A program made the position numbers and the translations under genes. Below are positions 44,431 through 59,037 of a stretch of DNA of 64,000 nt, in pieces; positions within the stretch are counted from its first letter, which is position 1, and each line of letters starts with the position of its first letter. The stretch lies in contig OZ059896.1 in NCBI GenBank assembly GCA_964057225.1, forward strand, positions 15,314,001-15,378,000. Reading direction: 5' to 3'. The DNA is from Auanema rhodensis (taxonomy: Eukaryota > Animalia > Nematoda). The notes under the pieces are model-generated. The model ran no database searches, was not told the DNA's origin, and worked only from the letters and a program-made list of their open reading frames with translations.

Positions 44431-44608
44431 GGGAAAAGTTTTCAACCAGCAATAAACGCACCTCGGCAAAGCCTCATTGGTCACGTTATCACCACTGCGC
44501 AAAGCTGTCTAACAGTTGACTCGGAAAACGAAAGCATTTCTAGTTAACCGTATACCATATAGGTAACTAAAGATGATAAACTATATGAAAATATGAGAAA
44601 AAGGAAAA

Positions 44609-44727
44609 AGCTTACGGCACCCGGGATTCCCAAGCCGTCTCCGATCCAAGTACTAACCGGGCCCAACGTTGCTTGACTTGCCAGATCGGACGGGATGGCG
44701 TACTTTCAACGTGGTATGGTCGTAAGC
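44609..44727 (-). rRNA. 5S rRNA
   Basis: 119 nt GCTTACGACCATACCACGTTGAAAGTACGCCATCCCGTCCGATCTGGCAAGTCAAGCAACGTTGGGCCCGGTTAGTACTTGGATCGGAGACGGCTTGGGAATCCCGGGTGCCGTAAGCT. Nematode-type 5S with paired termini, followed by a T run. Confidence 0.98.
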
Positions 44728-45293
44728 GAATGCTTACCTTTCTTTTCAGAATATGTATGGAGTGCAACCGTTCCTTCTAATTTGGTTTTGAAAATTGACG
44801 CGTCATGAGAAAAATGACGTCATTTCACGTGGAACAATCTACCATAATATGCTAATCAGCATTATCAGGCATTCAAAAATTGCGTATATCACCCATGTTT
44901 CAGGGAATATCGCGGGTAATTGGGAAAAGTTTTCAACCAGCAATAAACGCACCTCGGCAAAGCCTCATTGGTCACGTTATCGCCACTGCGCAAAGCTGTC
45001 TAACAGTTGTCTCCGAAAACGAAAGCATTTCTAGTTAACCGTATACCATATAGGTAACTAAAGATGATAAACTATATGAAAATATGAGAAAAAGGAAAAC
45101 AGCTATTCACCCGAATTTTGACATGCTCAAGTACAGTTAAAAGCTGTGAATGTCGAATGATGCTACCCTATCTGTGTTACCTTTAATATAATAAAATTAT
45201 TTTAACTATATCATATAAATTTAAAAAATTTAAAAATAAAATTTAATATAATTTATATTTACAATAAAAACAATTATGTACAACACGAAGACT

Positions 45294-48200
45294 TTATACC
45301 CTGCTGCCTCCAACCAATGATTGTAATTTGCTATATATATATTCTATATCAGCCTTAAATTATAATTAAGTTTATTATAATTAATGATTTTGATGTTATC
45401 ATACCCTTGATGACCAGATTCCACAATGTAATTGTACATATGAGGAAATTATAAGGACTGTATCAACACATCCTTGCTGTTCTAACTGACAAGCTAACGA
45501 AGTTAGGGCACATAGTATATAAGGCAATGATGGTGATGTTTCTAAACAATTGTATAATTCCAAATCAATAATCTGAAATTAAGATTACCTGGGGAAAAGA
45601 ATGTGAGACTATCAAGACGTTTTTCATTAAAATCTATGTTTGGCTCAGTAGAATCTAGTTTTGGCACATTCATCTGAAATAGGAGATATTTGATGTCTTA
45701 TAGTTCAAGTTGGTCTAAAATGCTTTAAAAAGGTTTTTTCACTCACAATTGAAGGTATATAAGGATTTAAAATGACTAGAGGTGCATCATGATATGCTAA
45801 ACGTTCTTTCTGAATTCTTTCTATTTCGCCCCAAACATCTTTGGCAAGTTTTTGTCGGCAAACCGGGATAATTCGAACACAAAGCTAAATATATGCTGTT
45901 AAGTAAATAGATTAAAGTTGTAGCTTTACCTGATCTTCCTTATTCTGTAAGAGAACAAAGTTCTCACCATGTTCAATGGTCATCTCTCCAACTCGATCAA
46001 TTTTAGACCAATAGCTTTGTTCACCTGAGGAGACAAATATTAGAAAATGTTGAAAAAGCAAAATAAGTTTGAAATTTCAAGTTTCAATTTTATTATAAGA
46101 GATAAGACAAACCTAGGAATATCACTGTCTGGCAATTCTTATGCCAAATCATTTCCCATAACTGTTCAGTTTCACATGACCAGTTAGCTACAATGAATTC
46201 ATCTAATCGATGATATCCCTGAAATATTATTTAAATTATAAATAAAAAATAGAAATTATAGAAACTAACCGGTAAAACAATATAATCTGATATTGGAACA
46301 CATAGAGGATTATGCTTACATTCACATAAATCTTCATATTGCATTTGTAATCGACTTTTTCCATTCACATTTTCTTCAGCTAAGTAATGTAAATATCTGA
46401 ATTTATTTATTTATTTTAAGTAAACAACAACAATAACAACAACAACAATCAAAAACAATATCAATTAATAATAAAAAGTACCTTTGGAATAGATCAGAAT
46501 GCACTCTAGTGATTCCATGTCGAATAAGCTGTCGTACAGCTTCATGACATAACTCATATTGTTCCTATAAAGTTTTAACTTCATTTATTATTCAACAAGA
46601 TATTTCATTTTTGTTAAATAACGATAACTCAAGGCTTCTTTATATAAGGAAGAACATACCACTGTTTGGACTAGCTTCTCTCGTTGACGTCGCATATGAA
46701 TCAGATGACCCATGAGATTCAAACGACGAAAATTTATCAGATGACATCTCATACTATCAATAAGAATATAAGAGCCTGATCGGCCAACACCCGCACTGAA
46801 ATTTAAGTTTATCCAAGTTTTCATGAAATTTTAAATTTTTTTTGGAGCTTGAACATACCTGCAATGGACTACAATAGGACCCGTAGAATGAATATCTGAT
46901 GCGTAATGCATGAAATCCAGAAGAGGGAAGACTGAATCTGGCACTCCATGATCAGGCCAGCCTTTGAAGTGTAGCTGATGAATCTTACGTTCTGCCTGAA
47001 ATTCCAGTCTTTAAGCTTAAGTTGGTGTCAGGTTGTAGCTTACCGGTGGTACACATTTATTCAATTTTAGGCTAATAATACGATGAATAAAATGGGAATT
47101 ATGTGTTTCAGATATCAGTGAAACTTGATAATTTCCATGAAGTTGTGGAGAATCCACAGAAGCTGGCCAATACTGATCGCATTTTCTCTGAAAAATTCAA
47201 CAATCTTCATAAGCATTCTCAAGTAATTAGAACCAACCCGTCCATCTTCAACCAGATTCGTGATAACGACGATGATATTGCATCGTTCTTGCCACATCAT
47301 AGCCCAAAAATCAGCAAAAGTAGATGGCAATGGAGCTTGTGTAGCGATATAAGCATTGCGTTTATCACATGACTATAAGAAAAAAGGTTTAAACTCTAAG
47401 CAACTTGAATAGTATTTCCCTATAATGACCCTATTTCTTATGTAATAATATGAATTTAACTCATATGTTTAACTAAATTTCAAACAATTCAATTACAGAT
47501 ATCTAACTAACTACAAAATTGGTTGAAGATTGTTTGCTGAATACATCAACTTAATCATCACATATGAAATTTAATATTTATATGTTCGTTCTAAGGAAAA
47601 TATAATAAGAGAGAGAGAGAGAGATAGAGAGAGTGAGCGAGAGCGCTCGTTACTTCAAAGCTGACTGTTAGGTCACTAGGCTGTCTATCGCTCTATTATC
47701 TACCTAATCCTAAATTGAATTCTCATCTGGAGGACAGCTGATTCGATGTCTCTTTTCTTACTTGCAGCTTATTTCATTTTATAATCCATAAAGACAATCT
47801 ACTTACATCAATATAATTGGCGTTTATATAGTCAGAGCCAGTGGCTGTATTGAGTCGAACACGTGAAGCTTCCATTGCTCCAATATTCAGATATCTAAAA
47901 CAAATTGAAAAATTTTTAAGAATTGTGAATATTGGTTGAATACCTATTCTTATCTAAATTCTTTTGCAAAGCATCAGGTGATGAACAATCATTTGAAGTC
48001 ATATTTTCGATTGACTGAAATGAAAAAAACTTTGTTATAACATGAAAATCAAGTTGATTTTCTTTGAATTCCCATCCTATGTGATATCATTATTATAATC
48101 AATTCATAAAGTTATTTAGTTTCATTCTCCCTCAGCACCCACAAAGTAAATTATTCTCATCAGCATCTTTAGATAATTAGATAAAGCCATTTGGTTTAAG

Positions 48201-51200
48201 AATGGTCCAAATATGGACTATATATCTTTAACTCGTTGCTCTAATTTACATAACAAAGCTGTCGGACAAATTGTCATACTTGGAAGTACATTAAGAGAGA
48301 ATTGGACAGAGAGGGAACAGGGTTAAGAAGATAGAAAAGACGAGACAGCCAGATAGAACATTCTGATAGATAATATAAAGGAATGGCATACAACTTCCGA
48401 TTACTAAATCACTGACTACTTCTTCTTCTCCCCTTCCATTCTTCTTTCTCTATCTCTTCCTCTCCCTCTTTTCCTTTAATAAGAGAGAAGAGAACAAGCT
48501 GGATCTATTTAAGTCTTCAAATCAATCAAACGTTTGGAAGCATCATTGTTAAGAAGACTATTTGAATATATAATCCGAACACCAGAAGCCTAACGACAAA
48601 GTTTCAAATTCAGCTTTTACAGCCATGCTTTTCCTACGAGTATCCCCATTCACATCTTATTCCCTTCTCACCTTTCTTTCATTTAAGTATTCAAGGGATC
48701 TAATCTCAAAATTAGTATGAATAGAAAGGAGATTGACTCAATACAAGGCTGATCCTATGATGATGATGACGGCCAAATTCTGACCCATCACCGACCATTA
48801 CAGCTAGTATTTCTTCCGCTTCTCTCCTACTAACTAGTAGCCTTCCTTCTTCTCTCGCTCACTTCTTAATTCCACATTTGACCCCACTTACGTCAAACTG
48901 GGTCCTATACTTGCTCTTGTTGTTACGTGCCAAATCTTCACAATAGCCATAAAACAGCTCAACAGGAATATCTTCACATCCGGTAGAATCTGAAGAGGAC
49001 TCATTTCAGAATTATTTTTCTTAATTCATACCATAAACCAGTGGACTGAGCTCATCCAAATAAACACATTTTTCTTTCTTTTTCTTTAATAAACTCTTCA
49101 TATCAAAACATCTTCTGAAAGAAATATATTGAGGTTTTTAAATAAAATAAGAGAAATATGATACCCTTTAAGGATATATGCTACTAAAAAGCATAAAAGT
49201 ACAAAAATCATTAAAGCAACTAAAGCTATTAGATATGAGAATCGTCGACTGGGATAGGCTTGTACAAGTCGTTGACATTTTGAATTATTCACACAAATTG
49301 ATGAAAAGTATGAACAATGATCTGAATCAATATAATTAAAACTTCATATTTAAAGGCTTTTGCTTACCATTCAAAATGAAATGATGCACATCACTCCATG
49401 GTCCTTGAATTCTTGTACGATTATCAACAGCACTGGTTACTGTAGTTTGAATTCGAACATCATATTCACTATATAAAGCCAATTCAGTGACTTCTAGCTG
49501 AATAATATTATAAATTCAATAAATAAGAATATAAATTGATTTAAACCTTATTAACTGTAGTATTAAATAATAAATTTCGTGTTTTATTGCCCATTTCAAT
49601 ACGATATTCAGCTCTTCCTTTAACTTTATGCCATTCCATTTTAATTCCTCCATTACAATCATAAGATAAGCTTAGTAATTGTGTTGGTGGTGGAACTGAA
49701 AACATTAAAATTTATTGAAAATCAAAAGATATAACTCAGTAATACCATCAAAATCAGTGGTGACTGTGTATTCTCGTGTCTTAGGTCCTTCTCCTTTCGT
49801 AGTTGTTGCCGAAATTCGAACACTGTGTATGCTATTAGGATCTGGAAGATGGTTGGTTATACATTAATTAATTTTAATATATATTTAATTATATAAAAAA
49901 CTTACTTAATCCAGCAATTTCATGTCGAAAACTATTGACAGATCTATCATGTACTGGAAAATGATCAACTCTCCATCGTGTCATATCGTGATTCTTAAAT
50001 TAATAAAATTATAATTAAAATATTTATAAATCTAAAATATACTTTATAATAAATATTAAACTGTTTTATATGTTCAATATCAGATGGATCCATTTTCCAT
50101 TTAACAACTATACGTGGAGATCCTAACATTGAATAAACTTTTATGTGTGATGGAACTAATGGTGTAACTATAATATTTTTGTTTTTATTTAGTAAAAGTA
50201 TTTTTATTTTCTTACCAATTTCATCTGAATGAAAAACTTTCTTTAATGCTGGAGATACTCCAAAATCATTTTCAACTGTAGCTGATAAGGAATATATTGT
50301 ATTTGGTTGTAAGTTACACACATTCAATGGCATTGCTGTATTACCGGGAAAACTGAAAAGGACAAATACAACGTCGGCTGAATGAATTCAGAATCACTTA
50401 CTATTCACGACGAGATTCCGAATCTCCTAATTTGTTTGTAATCACCGTATATGATTTAATATCACCATGCATCTCAACTGGTGGAAGTATATTCAATGAT
50501 ACACATCCAGTTGTTGAATTATTCATTGAAATGAATTGTGGTCCTTCATTTGGAGCTACAAGAAGAGACAAAAATTATTATTTGAAGATTTTTTCATAAA
50601 AAGAATGAGAGAAAATTTTTATTTTTTGATACTTTTTGTTCAACGATCCTCTCTAATCTACAACTTTCAACCTATCCCTCTTCTTCTCCTATATGTGTCA
50701 ACCCACCATTACATCCCTCTCTCATAAAACCTTTCAATTCTTTTTCATTTTAATCTCAAAAACATATTTTTTATTTAAAAGCATTTAATCTATGTATAAT
50801 GATTCTATATTCAAATAAATAAGAAAAAAAAGAAGAAATATGGGCTAATAACATCGAAAATCGAATAATCTTTCCTCCCTCCTGCTGGTGAGATTAATGA
50901 CAAATCATGATAGTTTTTCGTCTTTTACAAACATTCCCCCCCCCCCTAAATAGCATCAATACTCTCTCTTCTTCTCTCTCTAACCCCAATCTCTTTTGAA
51001 GTTGCGTTAGATATTAAGAAAATAATTTCAAAAACAATTATTTTTTTAAGAAACGTATAAAATGAATGAGAAGCCTTACCATTTCCTAATGTTCGATGTT
51101 TGGTAGCAGGACCAAAATCACTAGTTCCAGCTGAATTCTCAGCTCGGATTGAAAAAGAATATAAAGTAAATGGTGATAGATTATCAACTATAACGGATGT

Positions 51201-51894
51201 AGCATTCGTTGGTGCTGGTATGATGAAACGATGATTGCTCACAAGATTCCTGAAGTGAATATGACACAGTTGTATGAAGAAATACTGTTTAAAACATACC
51301 GAACAGCCACAGAATATCGAATGATGGGACGATGAGCTCTGGCTGTTAGGTGGTTCCAACTTAAGGTTACAGAATGATTTGTAGATAATTGAATATCAGG
51401 TGATGATGGTGGTACTGGAGGCACTGAAAACAAAACAAAATGTCATTGCCCCTCTCTATAAATGGTTTAAGAAAATGATCATACAGGTTATTATTCTATG
51501 TATTCCCCCTAATCTTATACTCAGTTCAATCCCAATTTTCTTTTTCTCTATCTAACTGGATGTTCTTATTCCAAGAACATTACTTAAAGTATATGTATAC
51601 ACATTTTATATTCAAATAACTATATACATATAATAAATAATTAGAAGAAGAAAAGAAAAGACTAAATCATATTCGATTAATCTGAAAGTATACAAAGTAT
51701 TTCTCTCTTCTATTACTAACTATGTTGAAATAACTATACATAGTAATATATACATATAGTTAGATGTATATATGTTTCCATATTTTCTCAATTTCAAATA
51801 AAAATGTTTTAATTAATCTGTACTGGGCACAACATGTATCGTATTACAGCTACCTCTCTACATCCTACCCAATCCCGAGCATCCTCAATTCCTT

Positions 51895-51925
<31 letters not shown>

Positions 51926-54779
51926 ATCTATCTCTCTATCTATCTATCTATCTCCCTCTCTCTATCTTTCTCTTTCTTATATGATTACTCGAGTTTTCAT
52001 TTAAATCGGCTTATACTGATAATTAGAAGTTCAGCTTCAATTACTCTATTATATAATTATGTTCATATATATAACCATAATTAACAATATTTCAATATCT
52101 AAGCATACACAATATGTGAATTCAAATATTCTATTGAAACATTTTAAATTCTTCAAAATAAAATCAGAAAATACGATGAAACATGTTATTGGATTTTGGA
52201 AAGTAGATAGTACTGGTGAAACTAATCAATTTACCAGATCATGAAACAAGATTTTAAGAAAAAGAATTCAAATAACTAATATATTGAAGTAAAATATATA
52301 ATTTATATTTATAAATTAGTAGTATTTTTCATTTAAATTCTAAATTCAATCTTGTCTCGTTATCCCCTTCCCCATCCATCTCTCTCTCTCTCTCTTTTCT
52401 TTTTATTTGTACTATCCCCTTATAACATTTTTCTATTTCTTTTCTCACTTATTTTTCCCCAAATTGTCATCAATTTAAATGCTTTTAAGTAACATTGATG
52501 AACAACGATTAACACTTACTTTACCAATGAAGTCTAACTAAAGATGTGACAACAGGAAGAGAGTTGGGGAGCAATTACGAACAATTAGATTCTTTTGCTC
52601 ACGCAACACTATTGTTTCGTCATTATGCTTGCCTGTCTGTCTCATCTTTATATGCTTTTTCATTACAAAGCAGCATCAAACGTATTAACTGTCACTTTCT
52701 AATTTCCAAGTTGAAAGCTTTAGCATAGTAAAACACCTTAACCATATTAACCATCCATTCCCTTTTCTAGCATACATCTCCATTTCTTTTTTTTTAATTT
52801 CTCATTGAAATCAATGATTAAACATCCGTATGTTACCATATATACATACAATTAGGTTGGGACAGGCTGTTTCCATTATGTTGATACGAACTATACATAC
52901 CTTACTCTCCTCCCACTCCCCATCTACATATCTACATCACACTATTTCATATATTAGATAACAATAGAAGATAATATAGCAGCAGGACATAGATAGAAGT
53001 AATAACCATAATGAGACAATACGTTCGAACACCTGCGCATCACATTTACCTTTCACTCTCGGTCATCTTCTTTCCATTTTACTTCACATTACTCATCATC
53101 TAATGTGCTTATAAGAATATAAAATATAATATAAGAATATGAATGAACCCTTAGAAACATTACACATTTGCAGTGAAACTTTGAAAATTTTAAAAACATT
53201 ATTCAAAGTGTCCCGCCATTGCTCTCCAACGTTTCCGGTTTTTGACCACTTTGCCGCATTTTCTTAGCTATGCTATGCAGGAGCAGACTAATATTAGCGG
53301 ACATTTGTACTAGAAAACTACTTTGAAATGCTTGTTTAAGTTGAAAGAACGCAAAATTAGCTCAAATATATGTTGAAGACTATGAGAAGGAGTTCATGAA
53401 TGATGTGACGTCATCAAACTTAATCAGCTATTAAGTCTTTGTGCTCGAGACAAGCCGACAATACAACCATATGAACCATCTAACTGACCAATGACATACT
53501 CATTCATTCATTCATAAGTAGTTGAAACTATCCCCTGATTCATGTTGCTCATATTCTCAAAATCTCTCATGTTCAATTGACACAGTGGAAGGTCTAAACT
53601 GAATTTAAGAGAGCGTATCTAGTGCATTTGAATGAATTTCGTGTGCATTGAAGTGGAAGGTGCCAAGTTGGGTAACCAATTGCTTTGACCACAACACATT
53701 CGAGAATATGCCACACAGAAGCTGTCTCCGGAAAGATCTTTCTTATTTATTCATAAGCGAATTTTAAAATTTTACAAATGATGATAACAATCTCTACTTT
53801 GTGCCAATTCTCTTAGAGGAGAAGCACAATGAACATGTCAAAATCATCAGAATGATGTAAGCTCAAGATACTGACATCAGAAATCCTTGACATTCACAAA
53901 TCTGAATAGATAGAACTGACAGCGAGTTCAACTGCATGGACATACGATGAAGACAGTTGAGAAGTCTGATCGTCCCTTGTTTCTCATTTTCTCTCTCCTA
54001 TCTATGTATCTCGAAGTCATTCATTTTATCTCCTCGCCTCTATCCTGCTGTGTCTCTTAGTCAATCAACACGGGACTATTTCACCAATGAGATTCAGCAA
54101 AGAATTTCAGTCTCTTTGGGCTAATGTTCAAGAGTTCGAACAGGATTCATTGCTTGTTCCCTTATATCCGTTCACTTAGAGCTTCCCACAAACACCCTAT
54201 CTTGGTCACTTTTGTCCAACATGTCTCTTGGGGAAAACTACAAAGAGTTTTGGTTAGATAAGAGTTGTAATCGTCTGATCGAATCTACGAATAGCTTAAA
54301 TGTGATTTCTTGTTTTCGCTTTTATCTTTTCAAATCATTCAAAAAGAATTTTAGCTTCAAACTCATTTTTCACCAAAAATTCTCTTTCGACCGTATTCCC
54401 GGAAAACATTCAATCTCTTTACTTCGACTTAATGTTTTGAGTAATTGAACGTCTGATTCCGAAAAAGACATTACAAGACAGCAAAGATGAAAATGAACGA
54501 TATGGATAATGAATAATGGATAAAACAAAGAATACAAACCTAACACCGTCAATTGAACTTGAGCTGTACTCATTGTTAATGCGAACAGTGGATCTGTTTC
54601 CAAACGACATCTGTAAAAGGAAAGATTAGACTATTATCTAAGAGAAAGATAAATGCTTACCTATATATTCCTGCATCTTCCGGTAGCACAGGACTGATTT
54701 TCAGAGCATAAAACGGAATTTCAAGTTGAAATCGCTTGTCAGCTACCCACCATTGTCTTGAAGAATCATCAACAACATT
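45294..54779 (-). CDS. ptp-4: Receptor-type protein tyrosine phosphatase (Ig + 4 FN3 + TM + catalytic D1 + degenerate D2); 5' exons not located
   Basis: Ig half-domain ..[15 protein letters not shown] (54779-54540). FN3 exons at 51423-49370 (e.g. [16 protein letters not shown]). TM segment [25 protein letters not shown]1 motifs [55 protein letters not shown] and QTVEQY. D2 lacks the HC(X)5R motif. Stop at 45294. The gene symbol is from recalled resemblance to C. elegans PTP-4 and is less certain than the family call. Confidence 0.88.
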
Positions 54780-57700
54780 CTGAAAAAAAAACAATAAATA
54801 GCATGATATTGGCTCATTACAAGAAGCTTATATGAAACAATAAATTCTAATAAAATATTATATTTATAGGTATATAGTATGGTATATTCAGTATTGTACC
54901 CCCACCCGCCTCTTACTCCCTCCCTTACTACCCTTTTTTTCTTAATCTCAATATTCATCGTCAGAGTTTCATGAATCAATTTACTATTTGGCTCTCCTGC
55001 AAATGCCTGTTTGTGGTCAGCATAATAAATGGATATGGTGCAGAGGTCAGCTGCCAGCTGCAGCTCATCCTTTTCAACACATTTAGACAGCTCACAAGAT
55101 CCTATTATGACTATAGATATGAAATTAATTTGATAATTATGGACTGAAAAGTCAATCTCAACTGACTGTTTTATTGGCAAAAAAAACTGTTTTTTTCCTA
55201 TTATTTGTCTTCATTCCCTAGCAGAATGTGAGTCTTCAGAAGTGACAGGCGGCTCATGTTGTGTCATCTGCTTAGAATCACTTGATGTTCTTAAGAGATA
55301 TGACTATGAGTTAGATTGAAATTGGCATTGTCTCTAAAGAAGATCACGGAAAGTACTTGACGTAAATCCCCCGTATTCGTTCCTTTTAGCAATCGCCCTC
55401 ATACCGTCCTCTAGTTAATCCCGACACATGATGCAGGCCACCCAGCATAGAGGTATGGCGTTCAACCATTCATTCACTTCCCTCCTCAAGCTCATCGTTC
55501 TTTTTGGTCTTTTGTAAAGGCCAAAAGCCGCAAGAGAAGATAGCATAATATGAAGACGATATGTCCATCTTCGACAACTTGCCAACATAGGCATTCTCTC
55601 TATTTCCCCAAAAAAGAGAAATGTCAATCAGCCTTATTATGAAATTTAAAAATGCGAGAAAATGCTATTAGTAAAGCTTAAAACATTGGCATATGATGCA
55701 CAAGTACAATTGAAAAAGTTGTTCGAGCTTATTCAGCATTCAGCCTACTTTCTCACATACCTCATTCATAGTTTTTCGGTTTTAATGAGGAAAAAACTTT
55801 TGAATATATCTATTTCCTAGGCTTCTTCAACAGATTTGTTTTAGAGCAGAAAACTAGCAACCGGTTGATAGGAAAAAAAAATAAAAATGAAAAGTTTTTT
55901 CTTGTCGCCGCACTTATTTGAACTGTTATGTAGCATATTATACGAATATATTTGAATAATATGTGACGTAAGACATTACAGTCCAAAGATAGATGTATGT
56001 TATGCTAATGAGTTGACACATCAAGAGATTATGTCGCTAACAAATCATTTATCCTCAATATGGAATACTATATGTGCTTCTCGTTTTCAAACACCACAAG
56101 CTGCATCAACTTGTTTCACCAAATGGCCTGTTTGTGCTCGTTCATTTGAAAAACCGTGCATGCATGTGGCAGCTCTCATATATCACTTCCTTTCTTGTTT
56201 CTCTTTCGTCTTTGTGTCTGTGCTTCAGCTTCGTCCATCATTCGGCAGCTAGTCAAAAGGCCGGCTGCACATGTTACTGGTAGAAGGAGCCGTTAAGCTG
56301 GCTGGCTGGTTGACTGCTGCAGCAGCTAGTACTGTAGCTTCCAGCTTGGTTCAATTCAGTCAGTCAACCGTTTCAGATCAAATGCCAGATGTCTTTGAGT
56401 GGATTGTGTCTAAGACAATCGTTTCCAATTTTCTGAGAGCCATGTATTCAAATTTCTACAGTATAATCGAGATATAGCAAGCTTGCAAAGATTTTTTTTT
56501 CACAGAAAATAGACGATCAAAGTTTAATCAAACGCTTATTCAGCCAACTATAAATAAGTCATAGAATAAGTGTATGGGAGGAAAGTATTCAACTTTTCAA
56601 AAAAGAAAATCTGAGTACACCGGAAATCCGGAAGTGAAACCCAATTTAACACCTTACCACCCTCAACATCTAAAATCAAAAATATGTATAAAGCCGTAGA
56701 AAAGAAACATTCACGTAACTCACGTGAAATATAAAATAAAATTTAACATTATAAATATAGTAAATACTATCATGATATGTACATATGTATCATATTCAGT
56801 CATTGTTATTCACAAATAGTTTTTGAAGAATCAGAGGTCACATTTTCATTGATATGGTAGATAATTGAAATCTTCAGATATTCAGCATGCCATACATGCT
56901 ACTCTCGTATAGCTTCATCCTGTTTTCACTCTGTTTTCTTATTAAATTTCGTCAATTTTCAATTGTTTTCCCTTATTCTATTCTCACAATTTCGTATATC
57001 ATCATCAACAAGGATCATATAATTCATGTTGAATAAGTAAAAAATAAAGAAAGAAAGGTTATAATTACTTGAAATATGGAAGAAGAATGGGATTATGTCA
57101 AATCTGTTGCTGCTAGAAGTCAGTTAGACCTGCATAACAGATGCTTGACCATCTATCGACGGAGCAATTATAGGCAGTTATGCAGCTAACTGACTTATGA
57201 ATAGCTTTTAGTATATGAGGAAAAGCAACCTGTCGTCGATCAGTGTTCACAATGAAACTCCGTGAAATGTAGCCACATTCTGCACCACCCCCCCCCCTCC
57301 GCTACCCACAGGCTTTCTCTCTTTTCTGCGATCCTTTTCTCAAAAATCTCCAAATAACTACATTGTACGAATGAATTTGCTGTTGAAGCTTGGATGCTTA
57401 CGCACGTATCGAGAAATTGAATCACCGATCAGATGCTCTAAACGCTTGTATATTTGGTTCCAATGATGGCCAATACTGCATATCAGATGAAACATACACA
57501 GTCGGAGAAGTGCTTGTCTCTCACTCTATACATCTAAGCCATTGGAGATATTTCGAAGATGAGGAAGAAGCAATAGTAAAAGACTGGCCAGTTATATTAT
57601 GTGTCATCTTCTTCATAAAATGCTGCAATGCTCACAGCTTTTCTCTCACGGTTCGTATCAAATTCCCGTACGCAGCTTCATCATCTTCTTTCAACTAAAC

Positions 57701-57811
57701 ATTGTGCTCGCTCGGGTCATCCACTGTCATTTGAAGCTGGAGATGAGGAGAGTGAGAAGACGTCACGGTACTATATGGGATGAAAATAATGAGAGAAAAA
57801 AAAATATATAT

Positions 57812-57814
<3 letters not shown>

Positions 57815-57861
<47 letters not shown>
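57815..57861. repeat. (GA)n microsatellite
   Basis: Seen directly. Confidence 0.95.
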
Positions 57862-57863
<2 letters not shown>

Positions 57864-58930
57864 CGTATTACAAGACTATACATAAACCCTTTTGCAAGTG
57901 AAGAGATTGGCACTTTCAATTCCGAATTCTATAACTCATCTGCGTTTTGATATACTATGAAACTATAAAACTACAAGAAGGAAGTACGTGGTCGTAATGT
58001 CTTCCGTCCATCAGTCAAAGGATTACATCTTAAGTATCTGGTTGACAGCAAGAAATCCTACTTGAGGTTAAGTTAAAGATTCTTTAAAATTTCGTGGAAA
58101 AGGTCTTAAGACTTTCTTGAAATATTGAAATCCCTCTCCGTTATCGTATTTTAAACGTTTTTAATCGAATTGCCCTAAGTTTAACGAATTCGCTATGGTG
58201 GCATAACAATTACAGCTTAAATCTCTCCGGAGGCTATAGCTTATCCAGTCAACTCGTCAGTTCACAATATCCATACACTTCTGTTGGACGCAAAGAGCAT
58301 GTCAATGGGTGGCCGTCCGTATGTTAGAGTCTCATAGCATCAGAAGTCTGAGTACAACGCACAGCAGCATTCAAATGACCCTTAAATAACGGAAGCCGTA
58401 CTTGAGGCTAGCACCATAGAATCAGTCGTTAACGAGAAAGACGCTGCACAGCATTCAATGTCTGTATAATCTATACACGGAAAATGGCACATCATCTGTA
58501 TTGTTCATGATCAAGACAATCCCATACAATTTCAAAACATTTCAAACTTGATTCAAATTTTAAAAAAACTTGAAAATCAATAAAATTGTATAGCAGAACT
58601 ATTATGTATAGATAATATCGAGAAAAAAACTGAATGATATAAAGAGCATATTGCACATAAAAATGTGAATTAATCGCCAAATTTCGCAATAAACATCGAT
58701 AACTCTTCGTACCACTTCATTCCATTTTTTTCCACCCTTGTTGAAGTATCAATATACATATATGTGAATGCATTCAAGTAGTTTTCCAGAAGTAGCATCA
58801 GCATCAGTAGCCGTAGGAAAAGAAGAAACTAGAGAAGTAGACTATGGCTAGCTGTTGTAGTAACATTCCGAAACCTTTTAGATATTCAGGAATGATAGCC
58901 CAAGTCAAAATAATATTCATATATGATAGA

Positions 58931-59037
<107 letters not shown>

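Larger units (their letters stand above)
44274..45099 (-). repeat. 5S rDNA tandem unit, 491-bp period, ~1.7 copies (spacer-5S-spacer)
   Basis: 44274-44608 is near-identical to 44765-45099. Confidence 0.96.

Noticed and set aside
44304-45034. Duplicated 71/79-aa ORFs (MTRHEKNDVISRG...)
   Set aside because: They are non-ATG-start translations of the two 5S spacer copies and differ by a stop codon. No coding features.
44274-45099. Canonical SL1 RNA gene linked to 5S
   Set aside because: GGTTTAATTACCCAAGTTTGAG is absent on both strands. Only AATTACCC matches, with no splice donor after it.
45101-45136. Possible decayed third 5S 3' end (AGCT..CACCCG..CAAGTAC) where the next copy would start
   Set aside because: Only short scattered matches with inconsistent spacing, which I cannot distinguish from chance by eye.
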